From contig CAWKKR010000001.1 of the NCBI GenBank assembly GCA_963850305.1, positions 480,001 to 544,000 on the forward strand: a stretch of 64,000 bases of DNA, written 5' to 3'. The first letter of the stretch is position 1. Each line of letters begins with the position of its first letter. The position numbers were made by a program, and so were the translations under genes. Below are positions 45,975-56,122 of the stretch, one piece after another. The stretch is from an uncultured delta proteobacterium (GTDB lineage: Bacteria > Myxococcota_A > Polyangia > Polyangiales > Polyangiaceae). The notes below the pieces were generated by a model that was not told the origin of the DNA, ran no database searches, and saw only the letters and a list, made by a program, of their open reading frames with translations.

Positions 45975-48900
45975 CGGCGCCAAAGAATCCACGTACCGAC
46001 GAGGACGTCGATGGCCTGCTCGAGTCGCTGTTGACCGACGACGGTTATCGCGAGGAGCAGCCGACGCTCCCCATCGATCCCGAGCCGCCCGTGCCTTCCG
46101 CTGGACGACCTTCCAAGCCGCCGTCGGTCCATCCGCCGGTCCCGCGCCCGAGACGCTCCACGCCGGTGCCCGCGCCGTCTGTCGCACCCACGGAAAAGCC
46201 GAGGATGCCGAAACCCGTCGCGCCGCGAATTCCGCGACCGGGCGTGGACGCGACGGCTCAGCCGCCGCCCGTCAACCCCGCAGGCCCAGCCAGGCGCGAA
46301 CCATTTTTGCCTGCCACGAGTCCCCCCCCAGGGCCCGCTCGACGTCCGGCAAGGGGTTTGCCGAAAGGTCTGGATCCGGGAATCGACGAGTCCGAGATCG
46401 ACGCCGCGCTGATGCCGCTTTCGTTCCATCCGGCGGCACCCAGCATGCCGCCTACGCCGAGCCAGCCGCCTACGCCCAACCAGCCGCAGTCCGGCGAGAA
46501 CATCACCGAAGTCCCCACGTTCGTGCCTCCCCCGGGCGATGCGGCGGTTATGTCCGAGGGGTTCATTCCGCGAACGAGCGTCCCGGTCCTCGAGATGGGA
46601 GCCGAAGAGGTCGACGACCTCGTCCCGATCGGGGATGACGCGAAATCCGATGAAGCCCCCATCACACGAGCCAGTGCCCACCTCGAGCCGGACGATCCCG
46701 GTCGGCAGTCGACCGGGGAGAGCGGCGCGCCCGCGATTTCCATAGAAGAAGCCTCGGCGAGCGAAGCCCCTATTGCCGACGACTGGCACGAAGACTCGGT
46801 CACTTCGATCCTCGCAACGGAAACCGATCTGATCGGGTCCGAACCTCGCGAGATCGTGCCTTCAGAGGCGCAGCCGAGGCAGTACAAGGACGCACCGAGC
46901 GCGTCAGTCGAGTCACCTCCATCGGCGCACGCTCCGGAGGACAGGAGCTCGGAACGTCCCGCGGCCCTCCACCTGGGCGACCACCGCCTCGCAGAGGCGT
47001 GGGTGGCGCGAGCGGAGTGGTTCGAGGCGGAAGCCCAGACAGCCGGCGACCCGCTGGCGAAAGCACGCTTGTCGATTGCCGCAAGCGAGCTCTGGGCCAT
47101 GTCTGGGAACACGGCGCGCGCTCGGGAAGCCGCAGAGTTGGCCGCTCGCGGGGCTCCGTCCATCGGACTCGGCGCACGGCAGGCACGCCTCCTGGCCGCG
47201 ATGGAAGGGGATTGGAAGGCGGTTGCCGCAGCGCTGGATGCCGAAGCTCGTAATGCCACCACGGAGGCGGCACGCGCCCACGCCACGTACGTCGGCGCCG
47301 AAGTTCACCGCCTTGCCCTGCACGATGCGCAGGGAAGCCAGCGTAGACAGACGCTCCTGATGCGCGCCGCACCCGCAGACCCACGACCTCATCTGTCGCA
47401 GCTCTCCGCGGAACTAGGAAGCGCTTCGGCACCCCCGAAGGTGAAGTTGCCGGACGCGACAGAATTCGCCGCTCTGGCGGCGGCGGTGAATGAGCTCGTC
47501 CGACTGCGCGGCGGCGGGGCCGTCGGCGACTCGAGATCGGCAGCGCTCGCTTTTCAGGATGCGCGACGTGCCCTCGCCGGCTCCGACCGGGCAGCCGCCG
47601 GTGCGGCAGTCATCGAACTCGGCGCAATCCCGGGACTCGGCGACGGTGCACTTTTCCTGGGAGCCGCTCTACTTGCCCCTGCTGCGGAAACGCGCGCCGC
47701 GTCGATACTCGCCGTGCGCCAGCTCCTCGAACGCACGGGCGAGCCCGCGGTCCGCCGTGCGCTCGCGGCACGCTCACTCGAACAAGGGGATCCGGAAGGG
47801 ATGAGGGAGGCGCTCACCGAAGCCGACTCCGGCGTACGGACCTTTGGCGCCGAGGATCGGATCGCACTCTCGGCCCTCACCGGCGGCGACCCGGCGGAAC
47901 TCGCACACAACGCGGAAGCCCTGGCGGCCGACGACGAGCTCCGTCCGCTGGCGGCGGCCGCGGTGTCGGCCAATGCCCTCTCGGGGAACTTGCCCGTCGG
48001 GGATCCGGCGACGCGTGCGCGCCTGTCGCTCGGCCGACGTATCCCGACCGTTGCGTCCCCGGACGAACTCAAGGACGTCGTTCATGCGCTTCGCGCCGCC
48101 GCGCCGGACGAGCAGGCAGGCCGCGTGTTGGCGCTCGAGCTCGACGCGGCCGCCGGCGCGACCAGCGCGGTTGCCGCGGAAGTCGCGAGACTCGCGCCGA
48201 TCGACATTCCGGCACACGGTAAGCTCGCCGCGGCGCTGATCGAAGAGGTGTCAGGACATGCGGATCTCGCCCGACGTCACTACACGGCGGCGCTGGGTTC
48301 ACCGGACGTTGCGGAAGCGGCGGCCCGCGCGCTGATTCAGCCCGATGATTCCCAGGCGGCGGGGCTCCTTTCCACGCTGTCGTCCTCGCTCGGTGATGAA
48401 GCCACCCCGCGTCAGGCCCTGCTCCTGTTCGAAGCCGCGGTGCGTAGCGGCATCGATCACCCGGAGAACACGGAGGACTTGCTCGGCCGCGCGCACGACG
48501 CCGCCCCGAGTCTGCCGTTCGCGGCGCGCCTCGGCGGTGACCTGGCGCGCTCGCGGGGAGACGTGGCAAAGGTGCTCGAATGGCTGCGACGACAGCGCGA
48601 CGCCGCCCGGGATCCGATCGCACGAGCCCTCGACGCCGTGCGCGAAGCGCTACTCGTTGCGGATGACGACCCGAAAGCTGCCACGGGTCTCCTGAACGAA
48701 GCACTCGAAGGGCGCCCGGACGATGTCGCCCTGCACGAGCTCGCGGAACGACTGGATTCCACCCCGAGCCGGGAGCGCGGAGCCTGGCGCGAGCGCATCG
48801 CCAGCAGCACTTCGGATGCCAGAACCAAGAGCTGGCTGCTGTTCGAAGCCGCCACGGAATTCGAGCGCTGCGGCGCGCTCGAAGACGCGACACGAACGGC

Positions 48901-51343
48901 ACGGGCCTCGGCCGCAACCGAGCAGAGCGAGCTCGCCGTGCTTCTGCAGGAGCGCCTCTCGCCGAAGGCCGAGACGACGCCGAAGGATGGGTTGGCGGGC
49001 CTGCGCGTCGCCGAACACGTCGCGTTCACACTCGGCGACGACGACCGGATCGAGAGCACGGCGCGACGCTTGTCGGAGCTCGAGGATCACGGCGAATCGC
49101 TCGCTCACGCCCGCCTCGCGTTCCGACTGGCGTCGAAGACCGAACCCTGGGAGAGTCTGCGCCCGCTCGTGGAGCTCGTGGCTCGTCGCCCGGCCCCATC
49201 ACTGTGGGCGCTGCGCCAGGCCAGTGCACACGCTCGCGTGCAAGGCGATGACGCGCGGCTTCTCGAGGTGGAGAGGGCACTCGAAGATCGCGTCACGCGC
49301 TCGCTCGACAAGGGCACCCTCGCGCTCAGAGCCGCCGAAGCAGCGGCCCGCCTCGGCCAGCTCGACGAGGCACGCACCTTACTTTCGCGCACCCTGGCCG
49401 CGATTCCGGGTCATCTCGTGGCGCTGGACCTGCGGGCCACCGTGTCGGAGCGCCTCGGCGACAGGAGAGCGGCGGCGGAAGACGCGGAAACGCTGGCCCA
49501 GAGCAGCTCCGTGTCGGACCACCAATGGGACGCCTGGTACCGAGCGGCCACGCTATGGCTCGACGAATCCACGGACCCGGACCGCGGACTTCAGGCGCTC
49601 GAACGCGCAGCAGGCATCGACGTCACCAGGAAGGACGTGTTCGATCGCTTGCAGGCCCTCTACGTGGAGCGCGGCGATCGAAAGAAACTGGCGTCGCTGC
49701 TCGAAGCCCGTCTGGCGAAGACCGACGCACCCGAAGAGCGCCTCCTGCTGGAGGTCACGAGGGGGCGGGCGCTGGCGGAGGTCGGCGATCGCGATGCGGC
49801 GCGACACGCGCTGAGAGCCGCGCTCGACGCGAACCCGGATCACGCCGACGCACTCGAGGTCTTCGCGACGCTCTGTCTCGCGGACGGGGCCTTCCATAGC
49901 GCGGAAGAGTCGTTCATCCGGCTCGCCCGCGTCGTGAACGATCCGGAAAAGCAAGTCGAGATCTACCGGCGCCTTGCGGGCCTCTACGACGTCGAGCTGC
50001 CGAACCCGACGCGGGCCGAGATCTGCTACCGCGAGATCCTGAAGCGGCGGCCCTACGACGCGGGAGCCACTCAATCACTCGTGCGCGTTTATGTGCGCCT
50101 GGAGCAGCCGGCGAGGGCGGTTCAACTCCAGAACGAGCTCGTGGAACGCGCCGGGAGCGCGGACGAGAAGCGCGATCGGACCATCGAGCTGTCGCGCATC
50201 TACGATGAATCGGCGGGAGACAAGAAGAGCGCCTTCGCCATCCTCGAGAAGGCGCGGAAAGCCTGGCCCCACGACAGCGTCGTGCTCCGCGCGGTGGCGG
50301 ACGCTCACCGCCGCCACGACGAGATGGCAGCGCTGAACGTTCTGCTCGATCGGGCAGCGGCTGAGGCAAGACGCGCGCTCGCGCACGGCCGCTTCGACGC
50401 CGCATTCTTCGGAATTCTCGAAGCCACGGCCGAGCTCCGAGGACACGCGGACGGCGCAAGCGTCGCGGGGGCAACGGCCGCCGCCATCGAAGGAAAGCCG
50501 GATGTCGAGGTGCGGGGTGCAGGCGCGGCCGCGAGCAGCCCCGCGCTCGATGACCTCCTCGCGCCTGAACTGCTCAGCTCCGCTCTCCGGACGTTGCTGA
50601 AGAAGCTCCCCGCCGTGCTCGACGCCGCCTACCCCGTCGACCTGAGGGCGTTACGCGCGGGTCCGATGCCGCCCGCTCGAGCCGAGTTCGCCGCGGAGAT
50701 CCGGGCCGTCGCCGAATCCATGGGCGTGCGGTCCCTGGAACTCCTGGTGTCGCCCGCGCTCAGCTCCGTGGCGATCCCCGCACAGTCGTTCCCGGCGCGC
50801 ATCGTCCTCGGTCAGGGACTGCTCGATGTCGAGGACGAGGCCGCGCGCTACTTCTGCCTGGTTCGCGCGTTGAAGATCGTCCAGGTGAACGGCGGGGCCT
50901 TCGCGCGCATTGCACCGATCGATCTCTGGCCGGCCACGGCGGCCCTCCTGAGCGCCCTCGCGCCCGGCTTTCAAGCGCAGGGCGTCGATGCCGCCAAACT
51001 CGCGGACGCCAAGCGAAGGATCGATGCGTCGCTGCCGCCGCGTCGCGACGAAGAACTTGCGACGCTCGCCCTCGAAGTGGGCGGCGCGATCGGCAATCGC
51101 GCGAGCCAGCTCGGCCAGGCCGTCGGGCAATGGGCAAGCCGAACGGCGCTGCTCGCGGTCGGGAGTCCATCGATCGCCCTGCGCGGCGTGGCGCTGTCCC
51201 TCGGCCAGGGAGAGCCGCCGCCCACCGACCCCACCGAGCGAATGAAGTGGGTTCTCCGGCAGCCCGAAGCGAAGGACCTCGCTACCTTCAGCGTGAGCGA
51301 CGGCTACGCCGAAGCGAGACGACAGGTCGGACTCGGCGCGTAG
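45971..51343 (+). CDS. Giant TPR protein (~1790 aa): Pro-rich N-terminus and C-terminal M48-like domain
   Basis: GTG 45971 overlaps the upstream TGA; TPRs (ALDANPDHADAL, ILKRRPYDAGA); C-terminus parallels that of the upstream protein. Confidence 0.82.
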   Translation: MTAPKNPRTDEDVDGLLESLLTDDGYREEQPTLPIDPEPPVPSAGRPSKPPSVHPPVPRPRRSTPVPAPSVAPTEKPRMPKPVAPRIPRPGVDATAQPPPVNPAGPARREPFLPATSPPPGPARRPARGLPKGLDPGIDESEIDAALMPLSFHPAAPSMPPTPSQPPTPNQPQSGENITEVPTFVPPPGDAAVMSEGFIPRTSVPVLEMGAEEVDDLVPIGDDAKSDEAPITRASAHLEPDDPGRQSTGESGAPAISIEEASASEAPIADDWHEDSVTSILATETDLIGSEPREIVPSEAQPRQYKDAPSASVESPPSAHAPEDRSSERPAALHLGDHRLAEAWVARAEWFEAEAQTAGDPLAKARLSIAASELWAMSGNTARAREAAELAARGAPSIGLGARQARLLAAMEGDWKAVAAALDAEARNATTEAARAHATYVGAEVHRLALHDAQGSQRRQTLLMRAAPADPRPHLSQLSAELGSASAPPKVKLPDATEFAALAAAVNELVRLRGGGAVGDSRSAALAFQDARRALAGSDRAAAGAAVIELGAIPGLGDGALFLGAALLAPAAETRAASILAVRQLLERTGEPAVRRALAARSLEQGDPEGMREALTEADSGVRTFGAEDRIALSALTGGDPAELAHNAEALAADDELRPLAAAAVSANALSGNLPVGDPATRARLSLGRRIPTVASPDELKDVVHALRAAAPDEQAGRVLALELDAAAGATSAVAAEVARLAPIDIPAHGKLAAALIEEVSGHADLARRHYTAALGSPDVAEAAARALIQPDDSQAAGLLSTLSSSLGDEATPRQALLLFEAAVRSGIDHPENTEDLLGRAHDAAPSLPFAARLGGDLARSRGDVAKVLEWLRRQRDAARDPIARALDAVREALLVADDDPKAATGLLNEALEGRPDDVALHELAERLDSTPSRERGAWRERIASSTSDARTKSWLLFEAATEFERCGALEDATRTARASAATEQSELAVLLQERLSPKAETTPKDGLAGLRVAEHVAFTLGDDDRIESTARRLSELEDHGESLAHARLAFRLASKTEPWESLRPLVELVARRPAPSLWALRQASAHARVQGDDARLLEVERALEDRVTRSLDKGTLALRAAEAAARLGQLDEARTLLSRTLAAIPGHLVALDLRATVSERLGDRRAAAEDAETLAQSSSVSDHQWDAWYRAATLWLDESTDPDRGLQALERAAGIDVTRKDVFDRLQALYVERGDRKKLASLLEARLAKTDAPEERLLLEVTRGRALAEVGDRDAARHALRAALDANPDHADALEVFATLCLADGAFHSAEESFIRLARVVNDPEKQVEIYRRLAGLYDVELPNPTRAEICYREILKRRPYDAGATQSLVRVYVRLEQPARAVQLQNELVERAGSADEKRDRTIELSRIYDESAGDKKSAFAILEKARKAWPHDSVVLRAVADAHRRHDEMAALNVLLDRAAAEARRALAHGRFDAAFFGILEATAELRGHADGASVAGATAAAIEGKPDVEVRGAGAAASSPALDDLLAPELLSSALRTLLKKLPAVLDAAYPVDLRALRAGPMPPARAEFAAEIRAVAESMGVRSLELLVSPALSSVAIPAQSFPARIVLGQGLLDVEDEAARYFCLVRALKIVQVNGGAFARIAPIDLWPATAALLSALAPGFQAQGVDAAKLADAKRRIDASLPPRRDEELATLALEVGGAIGNRASQLGQAVGQWASRTALLAVGSPSIALRGVALSLGQGEPPPTDPTERMKWVLRQPEAKDLATFSVSDGYAEARRQVGLGA

Positions 51344-51352
51344 CATGACGTC

Positions 51353-52148
51353 ATGGGCGCTCTGACGCGAACGAGCACGTCCCTGGCTTGCATGCTCTCG
51401 GTCGGCATGGCGTACGCGGAGCCCGTCGCACGATTTCCCGACCCACCGGACGTCGACCGCGCGCCGGCCGCGAGCCCATCGAGTCCCCTCCCCGCGCCGG
51501 TCGTGGCAACTGCTCCTCGATCGACGACCGGACCTCGAGCGACCCCCGGCGAGTTCAGAACGCGGGAGGCGACACCGTCTCCCGCACCCGAACGCGAAGC
51601 CGGTGCCCAGGTGCTCGCCGAGCGCGGACGGGAGCTCGAGCGAGCCGGCCAGGTGATGGAAGCGATCGGCGCATATACCGACTCGATCGCGCTCGATCCG
51701 AACGATGGTGCAACCCTTCTCGCGCTCGGACGACTCCGAGAGCGCCTCGGCGACACGAGCGAGGCCCTGTTGCTGTTCTCCGCGGCGACCCGATATCCCG
51801 AATTTGCGGGCGACGCCTTCGCCGAGCGAGCGCGCTTGCTCGAGTCCATCGGCCACGACGCGGACGCCGTGCGCGATCTCGAGATGGCCGCCGCGCTCGG
51901 CCCCGACGACGGCGCACGCGTCCAGGAGCTGGCCTCCTGGTACGTCGCGCGACGCGCCTGGCTCCCGGCGCTCGCGCTGTTTCGGCGCACCGTCGCCGCG
52001 GCGTCCGGAACCGATTTGGAGCGCCGTGCCAGGCTACAGACCCGCGCACTTTCCGTCCTCGCGGGCAATTCTGGATCCCGTCGCAGCCGGCCGTGAGCGC
52101 TCCTATTCGTGGGTGCGCCGCGCTTTGGCCCGGCTCTCGAAGCGGTGA
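51353..52148 (+). CDS. Exported TPR protein, +1 frameshift near 52070
   Basis: Signal peptide ...VGMAYA-E; TPRs (SIALDPNDGATLLALG). Removing one T at 52069-52070 gives ...LAGNLDPVAAGRERSYSWVRRALARLSKR* ending at 52148. Confidence 0.75.
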
Positions 52149-52156
52149 TATTTCCC

Positions 52157-52861
52157 TCAGCAACCGCCCGGACCGCACGCCGCTCCCTCGGCGAGCTCCA
52201 CCTCGTTCTCTTCGAGCTCGCTCCAGACGTGTTGCAGAGCGCTCAGCAGGACCTGCGGCGACTGTGCTCCCGTGACGGCAAAGCGTTCGCCGAGGACGAA
52301 GCACGGAACCCCGCTGATCCCGAGCTCACGCGCGCGGGCTTCATCGGCCCGCACCTCCCGGGCATAAGCGTCGGAGGCGAGAACGTCGGCAACCTCGCCG
52401 TGCTCGAGGCCCGCCTCGACGGCAAGTCGGACGAGCGTAGCGCTATCGCTCATCAACGCGCCTTCTTCCAGATAAGCGCGCAGGAAACGTTCCTTCACCG
52501 CACCCTGAATGCCCCGCTCGTGACCGAGATGAACGAGCCGGTGAGCGTCGAACGTATTGCCGGACCGAATGTGCTCGAAGTCGAAGGCGAGCCCCTCACC
52601 TCGCGCAGTCTCGACGAGCCAATCCGTGGCCTGTCGTGCTTGCTCCGTCGTCATCCCGTACTTCCGAGCGATGCGCTCGGGATGGGAGACTGAATTGTCT
52701 CGCTCCCCTGGGGCACCGGAATCGAGCTCGAACGCGTGCCAGGCGACCTTGACGTGCGAGGCATGTGGAAACTCCTCGAGCGCGCGCTCGAGCCGCCGCT
52801 TGCCGATGTAGCACCAGGGACAGGCGATATCCGACCAGACATCGATCCGCAGCTCGGCCAT
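52157..52861 (-). CDS. DsbA/FrnE-family oxidoreductase
   Basis: IDVWSDIACPWCYIG, FELD, NTFDAHRL, GISGVPCF, GAQ; C-terminal ACGPGGC. Confidence 0.94.
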   Translation of the reverse strand: MAELRIDVWSDIACPWCYIGKRRLERALEEFPHASHVKVAWHAFELDSGAPGERDNSVSHPERIARKYGMTTEQARQATDWLVETARGEGLAFDFEHIRSGNTFDAHRLVHLGHERGIQGAVKERFLRAYLEEGALMSDSATLVRLAVEAGLEHGEVADVLASDAYAREVRADEARARELGISGVPCFVLGERFAVTGAQSPQVLLSALQHVWSELEENEVELAEGAACGPGGC

Positions 52862-53001
52862 GGCGCGTAACCTAAACCCGACCGCTGGGTTTGCAACTCT
52901 CGCGGGGAACTCGCGGCTGCGTCGCATCCAGCCAACCGAACATGCGCCGCATGTCGCACGACTTCCTGGAGGCCCTGCGCTACCCTCGAAGGCGTTCCCC
53001 C

Positions 53002-53700
53002 GTGAAGCAATTCGTCCATTACCACCTTCGCACGACCGACGTGGCCGCGGCACGCGCCTTCTACGCCACGATTCTGGGAAACGATGACGCGGACGTCATT
53101 CAGCTCCACGAGCAGGCGCTCGCACGCGGCGCGCGTCCTCACTGGCTAGGCTACCTCGACGTCGGTGACGTCGACGCCGTAGCAACGGCGTTCGGGACGC
53201 GCGGCGCCACGCCACTCGGTCGATGGGTGAATCCCCGAGGCCTCGAAGTGGCGGTCGTCCGCGATCCCGGAGGGGCGATCGTCGCGCTCGTGAAACCCGA
53301 GCCCGCGTTGCAGGGGAGCGCCGGCCCGGCTCACCCCGAAGTCGTCTGGCACGCGCTGAACACCGTCGACGTCGAGCGCGCGAAAGCGAACTACGGAGAG
53401 CTCCTGGGCTGGGAGTTCAAGGAGCCCTTCCACCTCGATGGCGTCGGCCTGATCCATCCGTTCGCATGGCAAGCGGGCGGAGTCGCGGTGGGGTCGATGT
53501 CGGACGTCGCCGCGCGACCGGGCGTCCACGCGCACTGGCTCTTTCACTTCCGTGTCACGGCACTCGAGCCGGCCCTCGAGGCGGCACGCTCTGGCGGCGG
53601 CTCGTTCGTCGCTCAGCAGACGCTCCCGAACGGTGACCGCGTCGCTGTCTGCGACGACCCGCACGGGGCAGCGTTCGCCCTATTCGAGCGGCGCGAGTGA
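53002..53700 (+). CDS. VOC/glyoxalase family protein (two domains)
   Basis: LRTTDVAAARAFY, HWLGYLDVGDVD, VRDPGGA, VVWHALNT, HWLFHFRV, DDPHGAAFAL. Confidence 0.9.
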   Translation: MKQFVHYHLRTTDVAAARAFYATILGNDDADVIQLHEQALARGARPHWLGYLDVGDVDAVATAFGTRGATPLGRWVNPRGLEVAVVRDPGGAIVALVKPEPALQGSAGPAHPEVVWHALNTVDVERAKANYGELLGWEFKEPFHLDGVGLIHPFAWQAGGVAVGSMSDVAARPGVHAHWLFHFRVTALEPALEAARSGGGSFVAQQTLPNGDRVAVCDDPHGAAFALFERRE

Positions 53701-53879
53701 TTCCCCACGTGCCCCGCGCCGCGAGTACGTCGACGGCCATCGGATGGGAGACTACAGTCTGCCGCCGTGAAGGTATCGAGCTCTGACGGACGTCCATGGT
53801 GGTCGCGCAACCACGAAGCAGCGACGGCAACATCCGGGGCGAAAAGGGGCGCCGGGCGGCAACGCGCGGCATTTGCTCG

Positions 53880-54425
53880 ATGGCGCTGCCGAGCCCGCTG
53901 AAGATCTGGAAGGACGGGCGGGCGGTGCTCCGGGCCCGCTTCTACCTGCGATCGGCGGCGGAGGTCGGCCCGCGCGTCCGCGTCTGGGGGCATCCGGTAA
54001 TCACCAACGACGGGATCCTCCGCGTGAAGGACCGGGCGCGGCTGGTGTCCACCATTGCCACGCTCGAGATCGGCGTGGGTCCCCAAGGGACGCTCACGAT
54101 CGGCGAGGGCGCATTCGTGAACTACGGGTGCTCCATCGCGGCGACCCAGCTCATCACGATCGGGGACGCGTGCAACATCGGCCCGCACGTGATCATGATG
54201 GACAACGACTTTCATCGGATGGAGCCCGAGCGACGCACCGAGTTCCCGGAGTCGGCCCCCATCGTGCTCGAGCGGAACGTGTGGCTCGGAGCTCGCGCGA
54301 TCATCCTGCGGGGCGTCACCATCGGCGAGGGAAGCGTGATCGGTGCCGGGAGCGTGGTGGCCCACGACGTGCCGCCGCGATCCGTCGCCACGGGAGTCCC
54401 CGCGCGGGTCATCAGATCGCTCTGA
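53880..54425 (+). CDS. Hexapeptide-repeat (LbH) O-acyltransferase
   Basis: LTIGEGAFVN, ITIGDACNIG, DNDFH, VWLGARAIILRGVTIGEGSVIGAGSVV...GVPARVI. Confidence 0.92.
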   Translation: MALPSPLKIWKDGRAVLRARFYLRSAAEVGPRVRVWGHPVITNDGILRVKDRARLVSTIATLEIGVGPQGTLTIGEGAFVNYGCSIAATQLITIGDACNIGPHVIMMDNDFHRMEPERRTEFPESAPIVLERNVWLGARAIILRGVTIGEGSVIGAGSVVAHDVPPRSVATGVPARVIRSL

Positions 54426-54602
54426 CACTTTTGGGGCTCCGTGAAGCGTGCGATTAACGCAACTGACCGAATTGCCGCTGGCGGCGCGATGACTACGGCT
54501 CCGCGGGAACGGCAGCCTCGCCGCAAGACGAGCATCAGGCCTTCCCTCCGACAAACTCAAACTGACCCGTTACCGATGCCTTCGATCGACCATTGGACGC
54601 CT

Positions 54603-55760
54603 TCACGGCGTTCGAAATGACGCGCCCGCGTCGTCCGAGGCGAGCGCCGGGAACACCGCGTGGGACCGGGTGGTCGCGCCGTAGAGCCACACGCGATGAC
54701 CGGCGACGAAGAGACGGTCGGGCACGGGGACGTCGAAGTGCGTCTCGGGATGCGCCTCGGCGTCGAAGACGACGGCGTAGGGCGTCCAGGTCGCGCCATC
54801 GTCGCGGCTTGAGGCGACGCGGACGATGCCGTGGGACGGGACGGCGATGATCGTCGTGCCATCGACTCGCGCGACGTCGAGAGGGTACCGGGGGAGCGGG
54901 CCGGCCCTACCGACTCGCGGCAACGTCATCTCGGTGCACTCGCCGAGGTACGCGCACGTGAAGACACGGACCGCGCGAGTGCCTGGCTTGCCGGTGGCCA
55001 CGACGGCGGCGCGATCATCGCACGAGACGCCGAAGACACGCACGTCGGCGGGGGCGAGTATGGCGTCGCTCGAGATCCCTTCCGGTGTCCTCGTGCGAAC
55101 GATCTTGCTGCCGCGATCGGGAGAGAGACCGAGCTCGAAGGCGCCTCCGTTCGACGCGATGTCGCAGCGCGTGACGGAATGCGCCGGCTGCGCGGCGCGA
55201 CTGGCGAGCGGACGCGGGAGCTCGATGGGATACGACGCTTCGGCAGCGTACGCGGAGGGCACCACGAGACTGGTGTACCCGCCGCGAACGAACGGCCACG
55301 CTGCATCCGCGATCTCGGCGAGTCGTCGCGTGGTCACACCGAGATCGTCGAGGTGCAAGGCGCCGGGCGCTCCGTCGGCTGCGGCTCCGCCGTACTCGAC
55401 GAAGCTTGCCGCGCTCGCGCGATGAGCCCGCTCCACGGAGAGCGAATCGGTGACGAGTACCGCGCCCTTCGCACATGGCGCGAACGGCCGGTCATCGGCG
55501 TCCGCCTCGACGAGACGGCGCCGGACGAGTTTTCGAAACGCCGCCGGATTGTCGCGAAGCAGGGACGGCCCGGTCGGCCCCACCATGCAGAGGGCATAGT
55601 CGGCGAACGCAGTCGCCACCGTGTGCAGGCGGAACGCCGCACGCAGCCGCGGAACGCCGCTCCATGCGACCAGGCCGAGCACCGCCACGGCGAGGACGTG
55701 GCGCAGTCTGATCGGAAACGCGACGGCCTCGGGCTCTACCGGAACGGCGCCCGCGCGCAT
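54603..55760 (-). CDS. Hypothetical membrane-anchored protein with C-terminal Asp-box (BNR) repeats
   Basis: N-terminal TM helix; SSRDDGATW and ASDDAGASF match the SxDxGxxW/F pattern. Confidence 0.7.
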   Translation of the reverse strand: MRAGAVPVEPEAVAFPIRLRHVLAVAVLGLVAWSGVPRLRAAFRLHTVATAFADYALCMVGPTGPSLLRDNPAAFRKLVRRRLVEADADDRPFAPCAKGAVLVTDSLSVERAHRASAASFVEYGGAAADGAPGALHLDDLGVTTRRLAEIADAAWPFVRGGYTSLVVPSAYAAEASYPIELPRPLASRAAQPAHSVTRCDIASNGGAFELGLSPDRGSKIVRTRTPEGISSDAILAPADVRVFGVSCDDRAAVVATGKPGTRAVRVFTCAYLGECTEMTLPRVGRAGPLPRYPLDVARVDGTTIIAVPSHGIVRVASSRDDGATWTPYAVVFDAEAHPETHFDVPVPDRLFVAGHRVWLYGATTRSHAVFPALASDDAGASFRTP

Positions 55761-55819
55761 CCCCGACTTCTACGCCGGGGTCGACATCCGGCCAACTTTG
55801 CGACCCGAACCGGCGAAAC

Positions 55820-56047
55820 TCAGAACTGAATCGTCTTTTCGCGCTTGCGACGACGGCGGGCGGCCTCGCTCATCTTCTTCCGGCGCTTGATCGACGGCTT
55901 CATGTAGTGCCGGCGGCGCTTCAGCTCACGGAGGATCCCCTCCGCGGCCATCTTGCGCTTGAGGTGCTTGATCGCACGCTCGATACCTTTGTCCCCGACG
56001 GAGACCTCGAGCGGCCTACACTGGATTGCTTCGCTGGGATTTGACAC
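55820..56047 (-). CDS. rpsU: 30S ribosomal protein S21
   Basis: IERAIKHLKRKMAAEGILRELKRRRHYMKPSIKRRKK. GTG start at 56047 inferred. Confidence 0.93.
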   Translation of the reverse strand: MSNPSEAIQCRPLEVSVGDKGIERAIKHLKRKMAAEGILRELKRRRHYMKPSIKRRKKMSEAARRRRKREKTIQF

Positions 56048-56122
56048 GTTTCCGGCGGGGATATGACAGACGCTCCCAGCGGCGGCAAGAAGTTTCATGC
56101 CGGATCCCCGGAACCCTTCCCC

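Noticed and set aside
43029..46187. 1052-aa antisense ORF and the many other long overlapping Arg/Ala-rich ORFs (e.g. 5450-7609, 15096-16853, 25124-27016, 59857-61692)
   Set aside because: Alternative-frame or antisense artefacts of stop-poor high-GC coding sequence, with no recognisable motifs.
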